A stretch of 64,000 nucleotides of DNA from Candidatus Eiseniibacteriota bacterium (GCA_963823555.1 CAWGMA010000002.1:480001-544000); one strand, 5' to 3'; counted from the stretch's first letter, positions 10,154-21,004 are shown. Made by a program: numbers and translations. The notes: generated by a model not told the origin, from the letters alone.

Positions 10154-10753
10154 ATGGCGAATATCGTTGGTCAGAAGGCACCTGAGTTCGAAACCACGGC
10201 TGTTGTCAACGGCGAGTTCAAGCCCTTCAAGCTGTCGGATCACAAGGGCAAGTGGGTCCTCCTCTTCTACTATCCGCTCGATTTTACCTTCGTCTGTCCG
10301 ACCGAGTTGCTCGCGCTCTCGCAGCACTACGATGAGTTCAAGAAGCTGGGTGTCGAGATCGTCGGCTGCTCGGTGGATTCCAAGTTCTCGCACCTGAACT
10401 GGACGCGGCAGGAGATCGCTGAAGGCGGGATCAAGGGGCTCCGCTACCCGCTCATCGAGGACCTCGGCGGCAAGATCGCCGAGATGTACAACGTGTTGCA
10501 CGGGCCGGTGGCGCTCCGCGCCATGTTCCTCATCGATCCCAACGGGGTCGTCCAGCACTCGACGATCAACAACCTGTCGGTGGGTCGTTCGGTCCAGGAA
10601 ACGCTGCGCGTCATCCAGGCCTTCCAGTTCGTCGCCGCCCATGGCGATCAGGTCTGTCCGATGGACTGGACGCCCGGTGCGGCGACCATGGGTGCCAGCG
10701 ACAAGGGCAAGAAGGAGTACTTCTCCAAGTACGAGAAGGTCGGCGCCCGCTAG
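10154..10753 (+). CDS. ahpC: 2-Cys peroxiredoxin (AhpC/TSA)
   Basis: YPLDFTFVCPTE peroxidatic motif and C-terminal VCP resolving Cys; RBS AAGGAG. Confidence 0.96.
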   Translation: MANIVGQKAPEFETTAVVNGEFKPFKLSDHKGKWVLLFYYPLDFTFVCPTELLALSQHYDEFKKLGVEIVGCSVDSKFSHLNWTRQEIAEGGIKGLRYPLIEDLGGKIAEMYNVLHGPVALRAMFLIDPNGVVQHSTINNLSVGRSVQETLRVIQAFQFVAAHGDQVCPMDWTPGAATMGASDKGKKEYFSKYEKVGAR

Positions 10754-10789
10754 GCCCGATCAAGAGGAGCGATCAGCAGGAGCGAAAGC

Positions 10790-10823
10790 AGGAGCCGGCA
10801 GCCCGGGAGGGTCGCCGGCTCCT
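10790..10823. terminator. GC-rich hairpin between convergent genes (probable terminator)
   Basis: AGGAGCCGGC...GCCGGCTCCT inverted repeat after the ahpC stop; only a weak U-tract. Confidence 0.55.
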
Positions 10824-10841
10824 TCGTGCTCTCGCTGCAGC

Positions 10842-12938
10842 TCAAGGGCCTTCGGTCCGGTCCAGGAGCGCCGTGACCCGCTGATTTCGGGGGTTGAGCT
10901 CGCGGGCCTGGAAGAGGAGTGCTCGGGCGTCCGCCACTCGATCCTGCTCGAGCCGCACGCGGGCGAGATCGAAGAGGAGGGTCTCGTCATACGGTCGCAG
11001 GGCGAGTCCGGCTGTGAACTGCGCCTCCGCTTCATCCAGCCTTCCTGCCTGAAGCAGCCAGCGACCGTAGTTGCGCCGCGCCTCCGGAATCTCGGGAGCG
11101 AGCGCCACGGCCCGAGCGAAACCGGTGCCGGCCTCCATATCGCGTCCCAGCTTCATGAAGGCGATCGCCCGGTTCATGTGCCCCATGGGCTCGCGCGGCG
11201 CGATCGTGAGCATTCTCTGATAGTGCTCGAGCGCGTTCGCCGCATCTCCACGGTCCAGGTACTCGCCAGCCGTCTCATCCTCATGGCGAACGGCTCGCTT
11301 GCGGATCGCTTCGCCGCCGGTGGCGGCGAGAAGCAGGACAACCGCGGCGATCAAGACTCGCCGCGCTCTCGGGCTCAGCGCCATCTCCTTGAACTCGAGC
11401 GCGACGAGCCACGCCGGAACGAGTACATAGGGCGCGATCTTGAGCGCATGCAGCATCGGGGTGGCGAGCAGCAGAGGATCGTCGTACTCCGGTAGGAGGA
11501 AGGCGATGGCCGTGGCCCCGGCCATCCCGGCGGCCGCCAGACGGTGCCGCCGGGCGAGGAGTGGCAACAGCATGAGCTGGACTATCGCGTAGTAGCTGAA
11601 CCAAGTCTGGACCAGCCAGCCGGTCGCGGCCAGGAGGAGAAGCGCCCGGCGAGGCAATGCCGTCGCGAAATCAGTGTCGCTGCGTTGCAGGAAGAGCAGA
11701 GCCAGGAAGAACAAGGCCGCAGCTGGCAGCAAGACGAGCAGGGGAGAGCTGTAGATGCCGGCGATCATCAACAGCTGACTGAGACTCACGCTGTTGAGCA
11801 GGTAACCTTTGGTCTGGAACTGGGCGAAGATCTTCTCGGAGAATTCGAGCCACGACCTTCCGCTGAGGAGGGCGAGACTTGCGAGAACAACGACACCTAG
11901 CCCGCACCAGACAAGAAGACGGCACGACCAGCGGGCGGCGGGTGATTCGCCCGGCCTGCGCTTCCGCACCCATGCAGTTCGCAGCAGCCGGCAGCCAGCG
12001 GGGAGGGCGAGGATGAATGGAAAGAGCTTGATGAGCCCGGCCCAGGCGATGGCGACCCCGGCGGCCGGCGCGTGCCGCCGCCGCATGGCGAGCAAGGCCA
12101 TCGCCACCGGCAGCCACATCCCGGCAAAGATGAGCCCGGGCAACGCCCAGCCGACGAAGTCCCACGAGGCAAAGAGCAGGGCGGAGATGGCCAGGCGCCC
12201 GTTCGTGTCCAGACCTAGAGCGAGCCCCGTTGCCCAGGCCATGACAAGCGCCGCGAGGATCTGCCAGCCCAGGTTTAGCCATGCCGTCTCGCGGCCGAAA
12301 GGTCGATGCAGGGTGGGGTCGATCCGGCGCACGAGCGCGTAGAGCGGGGAGCCGTTGAAGCCGTAGTCCCAGGTGATGTTGCGGCCTTCGGCCCTGATGT
12401 TCTCCTCTGCCCTCTCTATGATCAGTGCTCGGTGCACATCACCGCGAAACTCATCGATCTGATCGGCGCGTAGGTTCTCGCGCAGGATTCGCTCGGCCTC
12501 ATCGCGCAGGGCTCCGCTCTCGTCGGCGCGCCGTCTCAACTCCGCCAGCGGAGCGAGCGGGTCGAAATCGCCGCCTCGATCGCGCAGGAGGCCGATGTAG
12601 TAGGCACGCTGAGCACGCGGATCCTCGCGCACGACCGCCGGCGGGTGGTCGAGATCCCGCATCCCGACTTGGGGACGCTCCAGTGAAGCGTTGATCAACT
12701 GGTAGAGACTGCTATACGGGAACGAGTACTTGGCGCCGAGGTAGTAGTGAACGACGTTGATATTGACCAGATTCCTCGGCATGAGGCTGATGGCGAGCGC
12801 GTTGGCGAGGCCGAGGACGAGCAGCGCAAGCCAGGCCAGGCGCGCCAGGCGGGGCCTGGGCCGGAGGGCCAGGAGAGCCCCGCCCGCGGCCATGAGCGCC
12901 GCGCAGACGGCACGGTCATCGAGCGACCAGGCAAGCAT
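10842..12938 (-). CDS. Polytopic membrane protein, GT-C (GT87/DUF2029-like) glycosyltransferase candidate, with C-terminal TPRs
   Basis: Many hydrophobic segments; HYYLGAKY after the N-terminal TMs; IKLFP (KxxP) motif. C-terminal TPR helices (AEAQFTAGLALRP, ARELNP). Confidence 0.6.
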   Translation of the reverse strand: MLAWSLDDRAVCAALMAAGGALLALRPRPRLARLAWLALLVLGLANALAISLMPRNLVNINVVHYYLGAKYSFPYSSLYQLINASLERPQVGMRDLDHPPAVVREDPRAQRAYYIGLLRDRGGDFDPLAPLAELRRRADESGALRDEAERILRENLRADQIDEFRGDVHRALIIERAEENIRAEGRNITWDYGFNGSPLYALVRRIDPTLHRPFGRETAWLNLGWQILAALVMAWATGLALGLDTNGRLAISALLFASWDFVGWALPGLIFAGMWLPVAMALLAMRRRHAPAAGVAIAWAGLIKLFPFILALPAGCRLLRTAWVRKRRPGESPAARWSCRLLVWCGLGVVVLASLALLSGRSWLEFSEKIFAQFQTKGYLLNSVSLSQLLMIAGIYSSPLLVLLPAAALFFLALLFLQRSDTDFATALPRRALLLLAATGWLVQTWFSYYAIVQLMLLPLLARRHRLAAAGMAGATAIAFLLPEYDDPLLLATPMLHALKIAPYVLVPAWLVALEFKEMALSPRARRVLIAAVVLLLAATGGEAIRKRAVRHEDETAGEYLDRGDAANALEHYQRMLTIAPREPMGHMNRAIAFMKLGRDMEAGTGFARAVALAPEIPEARRNYGRWLLQAGRLDEAEAQFTAGLALRPYDETLLFDLARVRLEQDRVADARALLFQARELNPRNQRVTALLDRTEGP

Positions 12939-12968
12939 GTTCGAACCCCCGCGGCGCGGGGCCGGCCG

Positions 12969-15900
12969 TTACTGCGTCCCTCCGGGCTTCGCCGGCGCCT
13001 GGGTCGCGGTCGGCTTGACCTCGGGCGGCTGGGTCAGCGCCTTCCGCGGCTTCTTGACCTCCATGTCGGGTCCGGTGTGGCACTGCACGCAGAGCGTCCG
13101 GGCCTTGCCGTGGGTCAAGAGCTGCGGGATGTCGCCCGAATGCGGGTTGTGACAGGACGAACAGGTGATCGGGTCTCCCGTCCGCGGGTCGAGGTCAGGA
13201 CCCGTGAAGGGATGCGAGTGCTTCTCCGCCGGGTTGTGGCAGGTCGAGCACAGGTTCTCCTGCGAGTCGACGAGGATCCCCTTGGTCTCGCTCCCGTGCG
13301 GGTTGTGGCAGTTGAGGCACTCCGTCATGCCTGGATGCTGCACCTTGCCCGTGAAGAGCTTCCGGTCGTGACAGGAGAGACATGTCTGCTGAACGTCCTC
13401 GCCCGAGAGGAGCTTGGCCGTTCGCGCCACGTGCGGTGAATGGCACGAAACGCACGCCTCCTGGGTCTTGAGCGGGGCATGAACGACCGCCTTCTCGGCG
13501 TCCTTGGCGTGGTCGTCGTGGCAGGCGGCGCAGAGGGCGATGCCCTCGGCCACGAGCCCGGTCTTCCCGGCGTGGCACGACTCGCAGCTCCCTTCGGCGT
13601 AGGGGGCATGCGCGTTGGCGAGCATGAGCCCCTTCTTCCCGGAGCCGTGCGGATCGTGGCACGAGGTGCAGTCGCCGGATCCGGCCTGGTAGCCGCGATG
13701 GGCCGTCGTGAAGGCTGAGGTCTTCGTGTCGTGGCACTTGGCGCAGCCCTCGCGGATCGAGGTGGCGAGGAGCCCCTTCACCGCGCCGACATGGGGTTCG
13801 TGGCAGGTCGTGCACTCGCCCGCGCGCGCCGGCTGATGGGCGTTGGCGCCACTGGCGCGCTCGGTGACATCCTTGTGGCAGTCGGCGCACAGGCCGGGAA
13901 CCGCCTTGGCGAGGAGGCCGGGCATGATGCCGTCGTGCCCGCCATGGCAGGTGCGACACTCGCCATCGCGCACGGGAGAGTGCACGAGATCGGGCTCGGC
14001 GGTCGCCACTTGCGTCACGACATCGCCATGGCAGCCGGCGCAGAGCCCCGGAGTCGCCTCCTTCAGGAGCTTCTCGGTGCCCGTGGCGTGAGCGTTGTGA
14101 CAGCTCGAGCATTCGCCCATCTCGACCGGGGCGTGCAGCGTGCGCCCCGCCGGCTTCTCGATCGCCCCATGGCAGGAGCCGCAGAGCTCCGCCTCGACGG
14201 AGACGAGCTGCGGCTTCATGCCGGCGACCGCTGGCTTGTGGCAGGTCGAGCAATCCCCTTCGGCGAAGGGTGCGTGCTCGGCGAACTGGATGAGGCCGCG
14301 CTTGTCGCTGCGGTGCGGGTCGTGACACCCGGTGCAGGAACCGTCCTCGACCACGAACTCGCGGTGTGCCTTCTTGAGCTCGCCCGAGCTCGGATCGTGG
14401 CAGGAAGAGCACGCCGCCGCGAGGCGGATCTTGCCGTCCGCGTCCTTGGTCTTGTGGCCGTCGTGGCAGGTCAGGCACTGGCCTTGCTTCACCGGTTCAT
14501 GGACCACGCCGACCGCGACGCTGTCGCGCATCGCCGTGTGGCAGGAGAAGCAGAGGTCGGAGCCCGTCTTTTGCAGCAGGCCTTTCGCGCTCTCCGACGC
14601 GTGCGGGCTGTGGCAGGAGCTGCACTGGCCGGCGGCGAGAGGTTCGTGCATCTCCGCCGTGGTCACGTTGGCGGCGACATCGCCATGACAGCTTCCACAG
14701 AGCTCACCTTGATTCGCCGTCAGGAGCTGCTTCTCGGTTCCGGCGTGCGGCAGGTGGCACGTCGCACAGCCCTCGGTGAAGGGTGGATGTTGAGCGGCGA
14801 GCTGTCGCTCATCGAGCTGCGCCGGGTGGCATCCGATGCACATCCGGAGCTCGGTGGTGCGGAGAAGACCGGCGTTGGCCGCCCCGTGGGCGTCGTGGCA
14901 CATGTTGCACTGCCCCGCATAGAAGGGCAGGTGGACGACCGGTTGCTCGAGCTGGGTTGCGACCTCGCCGTGACAGGTGCCGCAGGTCTCATCGAGCGTC
15001 GCCTTCATGAGGAAGGGCTCGCTGCTCGCATGGGCGCCGTGGCAGGCGTCGCAGTCGCCCTCCATGGGCGGGTGCTTGACTGCAGCAGCCGCGACCGCAT
15101 CGGTGACACCGGTGTGGCAGGACCGGCAAAGGGCCTCGACCGGCTGCCGGAGCATGGCTGCGCCACCACCATGGGCGCCGTGGCACTGGTCGCACCGGAA
15201 CTCCTTGAGCGGCGCGTGCACGGAGGTCTGCGCCAGCTGATCCCGGATCCCGCCGTGACAGGCGAGACAGAGCTCCTCGCCGCTCCCGCGCAGGAGCCCT
15301 GGCCGCTCCGCGTTGTGCGGCGAGTGGCACTGGAGGCATTCACCGGCGGCCGCCGGCGGATGCCCTCCCGCCGCCATCGCCACGTCCTTCACGTCCGAGT
15401 GACAGGTGAGGCAGAGCTCCTCGCGTGAAGCGACGAGCGCCTCCGGGTTCGCCGGGAGCCCCGAGTGACAGGTCGCGCACTCGCCCTGGGCGTAGGGCGC
15501 GTGGACATAGGAGCTGCCTTCCTCCGCACTGCCGGCGTGCGGATCGTGGCAGGATGAGCAGGATGCGCCCGCCACTTCAGGTCGAGCATGGAGTTCCGGC
15601 AGCTCCGTCGCTTGACCGTGGCAGCGGGCGCAAATCTCCTTCTCGGGGGCGAGAAGCAGCTTCGGCGGCCGGGGCGTCATGGGGCGCATGGCAGGCGGCG
15701 CAGTTTCCCTCGGCGAAGGGCGGGTGCTGCTTCTCGGCCTTGAGCGCGGCACCGATCTTGGTGTGGCAGGCGGCGCAGGCCTCCGCGGTGCTCGCTCCCC
15801 GCATCAGCCCCTTCACGTCCGAGGCATGCGAGTCGTGGCAGGAGGCGCAGCTCACCCCCTCGATCTCGAGATGCTGGGAGACGGCTCCCGGCGTGGCCAC

Positions 15901-16188
15901 CACGTCGCCATGACAATCGGTGCAGAGCTGGGGGAAGTCCTTCTGCAACGTGAGCTTCTGCTCGAATCCGTGACGCTTGTGGCAGGACTCGCAGTCCTCC
16001 TTCTTCACCGGGTCGTGCACGATCTTCTTGTTGTAGGCCTCGCGGGCATCCTTGTGGCATTCGTAGCAGGGCCGCCCGGCCGCCTGTGCGTCCCGATCCC
16101 CAACCATCAAGAGGAGACCGGCGGCGACGAGTGCCCACAGAATGCACGCGGCTCCGGAACCCACGACGCCACGGGCGCGCGCGATCAT
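12969..16188 (-). CDS. Giant periplasmic multiheme c-type cytochrome, 42 CxxCH motifs (~1070 aa); one frameshift near 15670
   Basis: Signal peptide MIARARG...AQA plus 6 CxxCH in the 15577..16509 frame, then 36 CxxCH in the 12969..15752 frame (hand count). Alternating HxP..G.CxxCHxPH / LL....LCxxCH paired-heme repeats. Confidence 0.93.
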
Positions 16189-16742
16189 CACTTTTCCTCC
16201 TTCGTGACAGTGGGGGGCACGGAGGGGGAGTCCGCCTTGTAACCGTTCACCTCCTTGAGCTGGAAGCTCCAGAAGGAATTCGGGGAGAAGTGGGGCGGGA
16301 AGTTCTGGAATGCCCAGGTCGAATCCACCGCCCCCGAGTCCCCATAGACATAGATGTGTACGGCCGGGTTGTTGAGCGCGCTCGAGGCGCTCAGGAACTG
16401 GCCTTGATCGATGATGAAATCGGGAAGGAAGCGCGTGACCCTGGCGCTGAACTCGGTATCTCCGATGTAGAAGGTCTCGTTCAGGTGAACCCGGTTCTCC
16501 TCGCGCCACTCGGGATAGAGCCGGCTGCCGGTCACGATCGAGAACGTGACGCTCGTATCGACCTCACCCCCGGCCGCGCGCACGGCGTCGGGAGCGGGGA
16601 CCATCGTCGAGTCGGCGAGGATGGCTGTCTCCTCCGCGGCCGGGGCGACCGGTCCGGGAAGCGAGTGGGGTGGGGTTTGCGCTCGCCCGGCCCAGCCCCA
16701 GAGGACGAGGAGCAAGCTCGCGCCGAGGGTCCAGGTCTTCAT
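16188..16742 (-). CDS. Small exported protein (DUF2155/ResB-periplasmic-like)
   Basis: Signal peptide MKTWTLGASLL...GRA; motif RVTRFLPDF...SASSALNNPAV. Its stop overlaps the cytochrome start (GTGATG). Confidence 0.65.
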   Translation of the reverse strand: MKTWTLGASLLLVLWGWAGRAQTPPHSLPGPVAPAAEETAILADSTMVPAPDAVRAAGGEVDTSVTFSIVTGSRLYPEWREENRVHLNETFYIGDTEFSARVTRFLPDFIIDQGQFLSASSALNNPAVHIYVYGDSGAVDSTWAFQNFPPHFSPNSFWSFQLKEVNGYKADSPSVPPTVTKEEK

Positions 16743-16746
16743 GCCT

Positions 16747-17387
16747 TCACTCCGTGCTTCCTGTGGTCTGGGGGGTGGCGCCACGTCCGGCCCCCCCGGT
16801 GGTGGGGAAGGTCTCGAGCATCTCCTGCACGGCGATCGTCGCCATCTGCTCGAGGCTCTGCACGCGGCCGAAACCGAAGACCGACTCGCCATCGCCCCCG
16901 TCACGGCTGTGCACCGCGCTCCACAGCACGCGCCCGCCTGGGGTCTCGAGCAAGCGGAGCGAGAGCGAGATCTGGGGGATCATCTCCCCCTCGAACTGCC
17001 GGGTCGTGTAGCCGGTCAGCGATCCCACCATGATCGCGTTGGCGCCGAGCTCCTGCCCGACCGAGTCCACGAGGTCGGGGAGGCGATCGAGCATGAGCCA
17101 TGGCTCCTTGGCGAGCGCGGCCTGTCCACCTCGCCCTGATCCACGATCTGAACCCCCGGCTTCTGCGCCAGCTCGACCGTCAGGATCGGCAGCACGCGAT
17201 CGGCGGCATCGCGGTTCGAGGTGTAGTTGGCGAGGGGCAGGATGGCGATGCGCCAGGTTCCGGCCAGCGGCTGGGCGATGTAGACCTGTGGTTTGGGCCC
17301 GCATCCCGCCAGCGAGGCGAGAAGGCGAGCTGCGACCACCGCCAGGGCGGCAAGCGAAACTCGATGCGACCGATCGTGCGCTCTCAT
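16747..17387 (-). CDS. Lipoprotein, CsgG/PelC/GNA1162-like alpha/beta fold; frameshift near 17122
   Basis: Lipobox LAGC then RIAILPLANY in the 17016..17933 frame. Continues as ELGANAIMVGSL...ISLSLRLLE...GRVLWS in the 16747..17304 frame. Paralog of the upstream gene. Confidence 0.8.
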
Positions 17388-17388
17388 G

Positions 17389-18000
17389 TCACTGTCCCTG
17401 CGGCAAGGTTGACAGGATATCCCGCGACATGTCCGCGGTGAGCTCGCCCATGGTGTGCACCTCGCCGAAACCGAAGATGGGGAAGCCCGGTCCGCCACGC
17501 CGGGTCCGGCTCCCGGTCCACACGATGCGACCGGATGCGGTGTCCACCAGCCGCACCTCGAGCGAGAGCAGGGGGTAGCTGTCGCGTCCCACTCGCTCCA
17601 TCGTGTAGTCCCGCACCGCGCCCATGAAGACGCCCTGGACTCCCATCTCCTCGCCGAGCCGCGCGAGCTCCTCGCTCGACCAGGGGTTCGTGACCGGAGT
17701 GCCGCCCCGCAGCGCGAACATGGAGGCGACGAGCTGACCCGGTTCGACGACCTGGGCGAACCCCCTGCGCAGGAGCTCCGTGAAGAAGACGTCCGCGACC
17801 TTCTGCCCGGCGAGCTGATCCTGGGCCAGGGAGTTGAACGGGGCAACGGCCACCCGCTCGTAGTAACCGAGATCGGCCTCTTCATCCACGAAGTGGGCGG
17901 GCCCCGCACAGGCGGAGACGAGAAGGGCCACACAGAATACGGCGCCTATCCCCCTCAGCGACTCCACCCGGCGAGCTCTGTCTGTCCTCTTTGTCTTCAT
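17389..18000 (-). CDS. Lipoprotein, CsgG/PelC/GNA1162-like alpha/beta fold
   Basis: Lipobox VSAC; RVAVAPFN, EMGVQGVFMGAVRDY, LSLEVRLVDTASGRIVW. Confidence 0.85.
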   Translation of the reverse strand: MKTKRTDRARRVESLRGIGAVFCVALLVSACAGPAHFVDEEADLGYYERVAVAPFNSLAQDQLAGQKVADVFFTELLRRGFAQVVEPGQLVASMFALRGGTPVTNPWSSEELARLGEEMGVQGVFMGAVRDYTMERVGRDSYPLLSLEVRLVDTASGRIVWTGSRTRRGGPGFPIFGFGEVHTMGELTADMSRDILSTLPQGQ

Positions 18001-18030
18001 ACGTTTCTCGCTTCGTTCGCCCGTTCGAAC

Positions 18031-19685
18031 TCAGAAGTCCTTCTGCAAGTTGGCGGAGTAGTAGCGGCTCCGCGGCCCGTTCTGCTGCTCCACCTGCTGC
18101 GTGCTCAGGAGCACGCGGAACTCACGGGGCAGCCAGAAACCCAGATCGAAACCAAAGAGTCTCTCCTCGCTCTCGAAGGACCGCAAGCGGGAACGCCGGC
18201 GCTCCCAGTTCGCCGCCAGCGTGACCTCGCGCGTGGCGGTCCATGAGGCGTTGAGGCTGGTGACGTTGTCCACGCGGATGACGAGCCCCTCGGCCGTATC
18301 GCGCCGGTGGGACGCCACGAAGCTGAAGTTCTGCGTCGGGTTGTAGCCGAGCAGGAGGTCCCACTGCCGCGTGCCCTGGCGCAGCCCGGCGAAGTCGGGC
18401 TGGGAGAGACGCGTCCAGGTGATGTCGAAGCGCGTCGTGGGTACCGGTACCGTGCGCAGCTGGAGGAGCTGGCGCGACTGATCGCGGCGGATATCGGTGC
18501 TGCTGTCCCGCTGGTAGCTCGCCTCGGCCCGACCGGCCATGCCGCGGAGGATGGGTCCGTCCAGCATGGCATAGACCGAGTTGGTCGGGATCCCGGCTCG
18601 GTTCTCCGAGCTGTCCTTGATCCGCTCCGTCCTCCGGAAGCCGGCCAGGAGCTCGACGCGCCGCCAGACCTGGTCACGGAATGTCGTCTCGAAGCGCAGG
18701 TAGTCGGCGATCAGGCGCCCTTGCACCTCGTTCGTCTGCCGGTAGTCGCGGGCCAGCTGGAAGGTGAGCGGCACGATCGGCTGGTACTGGACGCCGGCGC
18801 TCAGGAAGGTCTCATCGGTATCGATGGGCAGGGGGAAGGCGTTGTCATCGGTGGACTGCCAGCGCTGGAGGGCGGTTCCGAAGAGGGAGACCGAGCGCGC
18901 GGGACGCCAGTTGAGGGCCGCATTGATGCGATGGGCCTCGAGATCGCGGCGTCGCTCGCGGGCGCTGAAGTCGCTCAAGAGGACATCGTAGTCGGCGCTC
19001 AGACTCACTCGCCTGATCGTCGGTCCGGCCCCGGACTCCGGCGCGCAGCTCCTCGGTGACCTGATCGACGCCGTTGGGCCGCCGGTCATCCGCGTCGATG
19101 CGCCGGAGGCCCACGAATCCGCCCACGTCGTCGGTGCCATAGGAGAGTTCCGCGCGACGGTCGTCGTTGGCCGAGGGGCCGAGGCCGATCTCGCGCTCGC
19201 GGTGCTGCCATTCGGCAAAGAGGTTGGGAAGATTGCGGGGCGTGACCCGGACATTGATGTAACCGAAACGCTCCTTGGCCGGGTCGGGGCCCGGCGACAC
19301 CTCTTGCCACGGTGTGAACTGACCTTCGAGGCGCCAGGTCTGGGCGATCAGCTCCCCCTGGAATCGGTAGCGGAAGACATCGCCGTCACTCACTCCCAGC
19401 TCGCTCAGGTAGCGCAGGAACGCGCGCAGCCTGAGGTCGAGCCCGGCCGGGGGTCGTGCCCCGCGTCCACATGTCGAGCTGATGCTGCATGGTGTCGATG
19501 GTCTGATCGCCGAAGATCGTCGTGCCCGTGAGATCGTTGCGTGTGATGGACCCGATGTAGCGACCGTCGATCTCCATCCCCCTGGCGGGCAGCGCGACCA
19601 TCGCGACCAGCGAGGAGCAGGCGCAGATCACGAGCGGGATCGCGATCTTCCTTCCCGGTGCGCTCCATCGCCGGCCTGGCATCAT
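18031..19685 (-). CDS. Outer-membrane beta-barrel protein (~550 aa); frameshifts near 19450 and 19020
   Basis: Signal peptide (...AMVALPARG). Amphipathic beta-strand pattern across three joined frames; C-terminal YYSANLQKDF ends in Phe. Confidence 0.8.
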
Positions 19686-19689
19686 GGGA

Positions 19690-20871
19690 TCAGTACCCGA
19701 TCTCGATCCCGCCCGGTTCACCCGAGGCCGGCCGGTGGACGTTGAACCCGGTGGCGCTCGAATAGTCGCGGCCGTGGCAGTCGTGGCAGCCCTGGGTCGC
19801 CGAGGCTCTGTGTGCGCCTCCTGGTCCGAGATCGCGTTCATGACGATGCCCTCGACCGTCTCCGAGTCCCGGGATGCCGTCCGCCGGGATGTGGCAGCCG
19901 AAGCAGAAGCGGCGGTTCTGCTCGGCATCGCCAGGGTGTCGGTGAGGCCGCTCCAGCCGACGACGCTGATCGCTGATCAGGAAGGCGTTGGGCTGCGACC
20001 CGATTGTTGCCCTTCGGAACCGTGCGGGTTGTGGCAGTCGTAGCAGGGCAGCTTGTCGCCGACCTGGATGTGCGGCCGGCCAGGAGAGGGCGACGTTGGA
20101 GTTGCGACGGATCTGGTGGCCGGCCGACGCTCGCCGTTCAGCCCGCTGTCGTAGTAGTCCTCGATGTAGCGGTTCTCGGTGATCCATCCCGGACGGACCG
20201 TCGGCGCCGTGGCAGGAGAAGCAGAGGCCGTAGCTCGCCGGTGGCGCCCGATCCCGGCGTGGCCGCTGATCCCGCCATAGAGGGCGACCAGGATGTCGCG
20301 CGGGTTCTCGGTGCCGTGCGGGTCGTGGCAGTTGAGGCAGAGGCCCTGCCCGGCCGCGTCCTGGCGCGGCATGTCGGGATCGTGTGGCGTGCGGGGAGAT
20401 CGTAGTGGCCGGCGGCGGTGACCCGCGGGTCGGTGTAGACGACCTCTCCCGGCCAGCGTCCCCGGAACTCGACGCCCGCGCGCCGGATGCCGCCCGCGTT
20501 GGCCTCGAAGTAGCCGGCATCGGGCTCGGTGTCCGGCATGCGGTCGATCTCGCCGAGCGGGTAGTTCGTGGGCCGGGACTGGTGACAGGGGCGGGCGCCG
20601 TCGGCCCAGAAGGCCAGGCGGTTGGTCGTTCTCGGTGAAGAGGTTGCTGGCCGAGGGGGACGCGCCGGCATCAGCCTCGTGGAACGCGTGGCACTGCGTG
20701 CACTCGCCGCGCGTGGGCGATTCGGTCACCTCGCGGAGGACACCGGTGGCGGGATCCCCGTGCGGATCATGGAGGAGTTCCTGTGCCAGTGACCCAGGCG
20801 GTCAATCCCAGGACCGCCGTGAGGACCATGCCGGAAGTGGTCTCACCGGTCGCTTTCATCGGCCGAAGCAT
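19690..20871 (-). CDS. Exported multiheme cytochrome c (6 canonical CxxCH plus one degenerate site); multiple frameshifts
   Basis: RBS GAGGGA and ATG 20871, hydrophobic leader, then HDPHGDPATGVLR...GECTQCH. CLNCH, CFSCH, CYDCH, CFGCH and CHDCH follow, spread over several frames. Confidence 0.75.
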
Positions 20872-20977
20872 GTCCCTCGTGGATGTCCTCGGCGACTGCG
20901 ACGATCGCAGGAATGCCACGAGATCAGGTCCGGGCGCCGACCATGGCCGGAGTGTCGGCGCCCGGTCCGAGGACGGG

Positions 20978-21004
20978 GAGCCCGGAGCGCTACCGCCCGG
21001 GCTC
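20978..21004 (-). terminator. Stem-loop immediately 3' of the OmcS-like gene
   Basis: GAGCCCGG-A-GCG-CTAC-CGC-CCGGGCTC inverted repeat 17 nt downstream of the stop. No U-tract. Confidence 0.5.

Noticed and set aside
13731..15428. Long antisense or alternative-frame ORFs (also 3078..5480, 41525..44404, 51019..52782, 57347..59161, 61806..63899)
   Set aside because: They are shadow ORFs typical of high-GC DNA: Arg/Pro/Gly-rich, lacking motifs, and overlapping well-supported genes.
18031..20871. Classical MtrAB/DmsEF porin-decaheme conduit
   Set aside because: The cytochrome next to the barrel is a low-density hexaheme, not a decaheme MtrA. The lipoprotein pair and NHL gene fit the omcS-type layout better.
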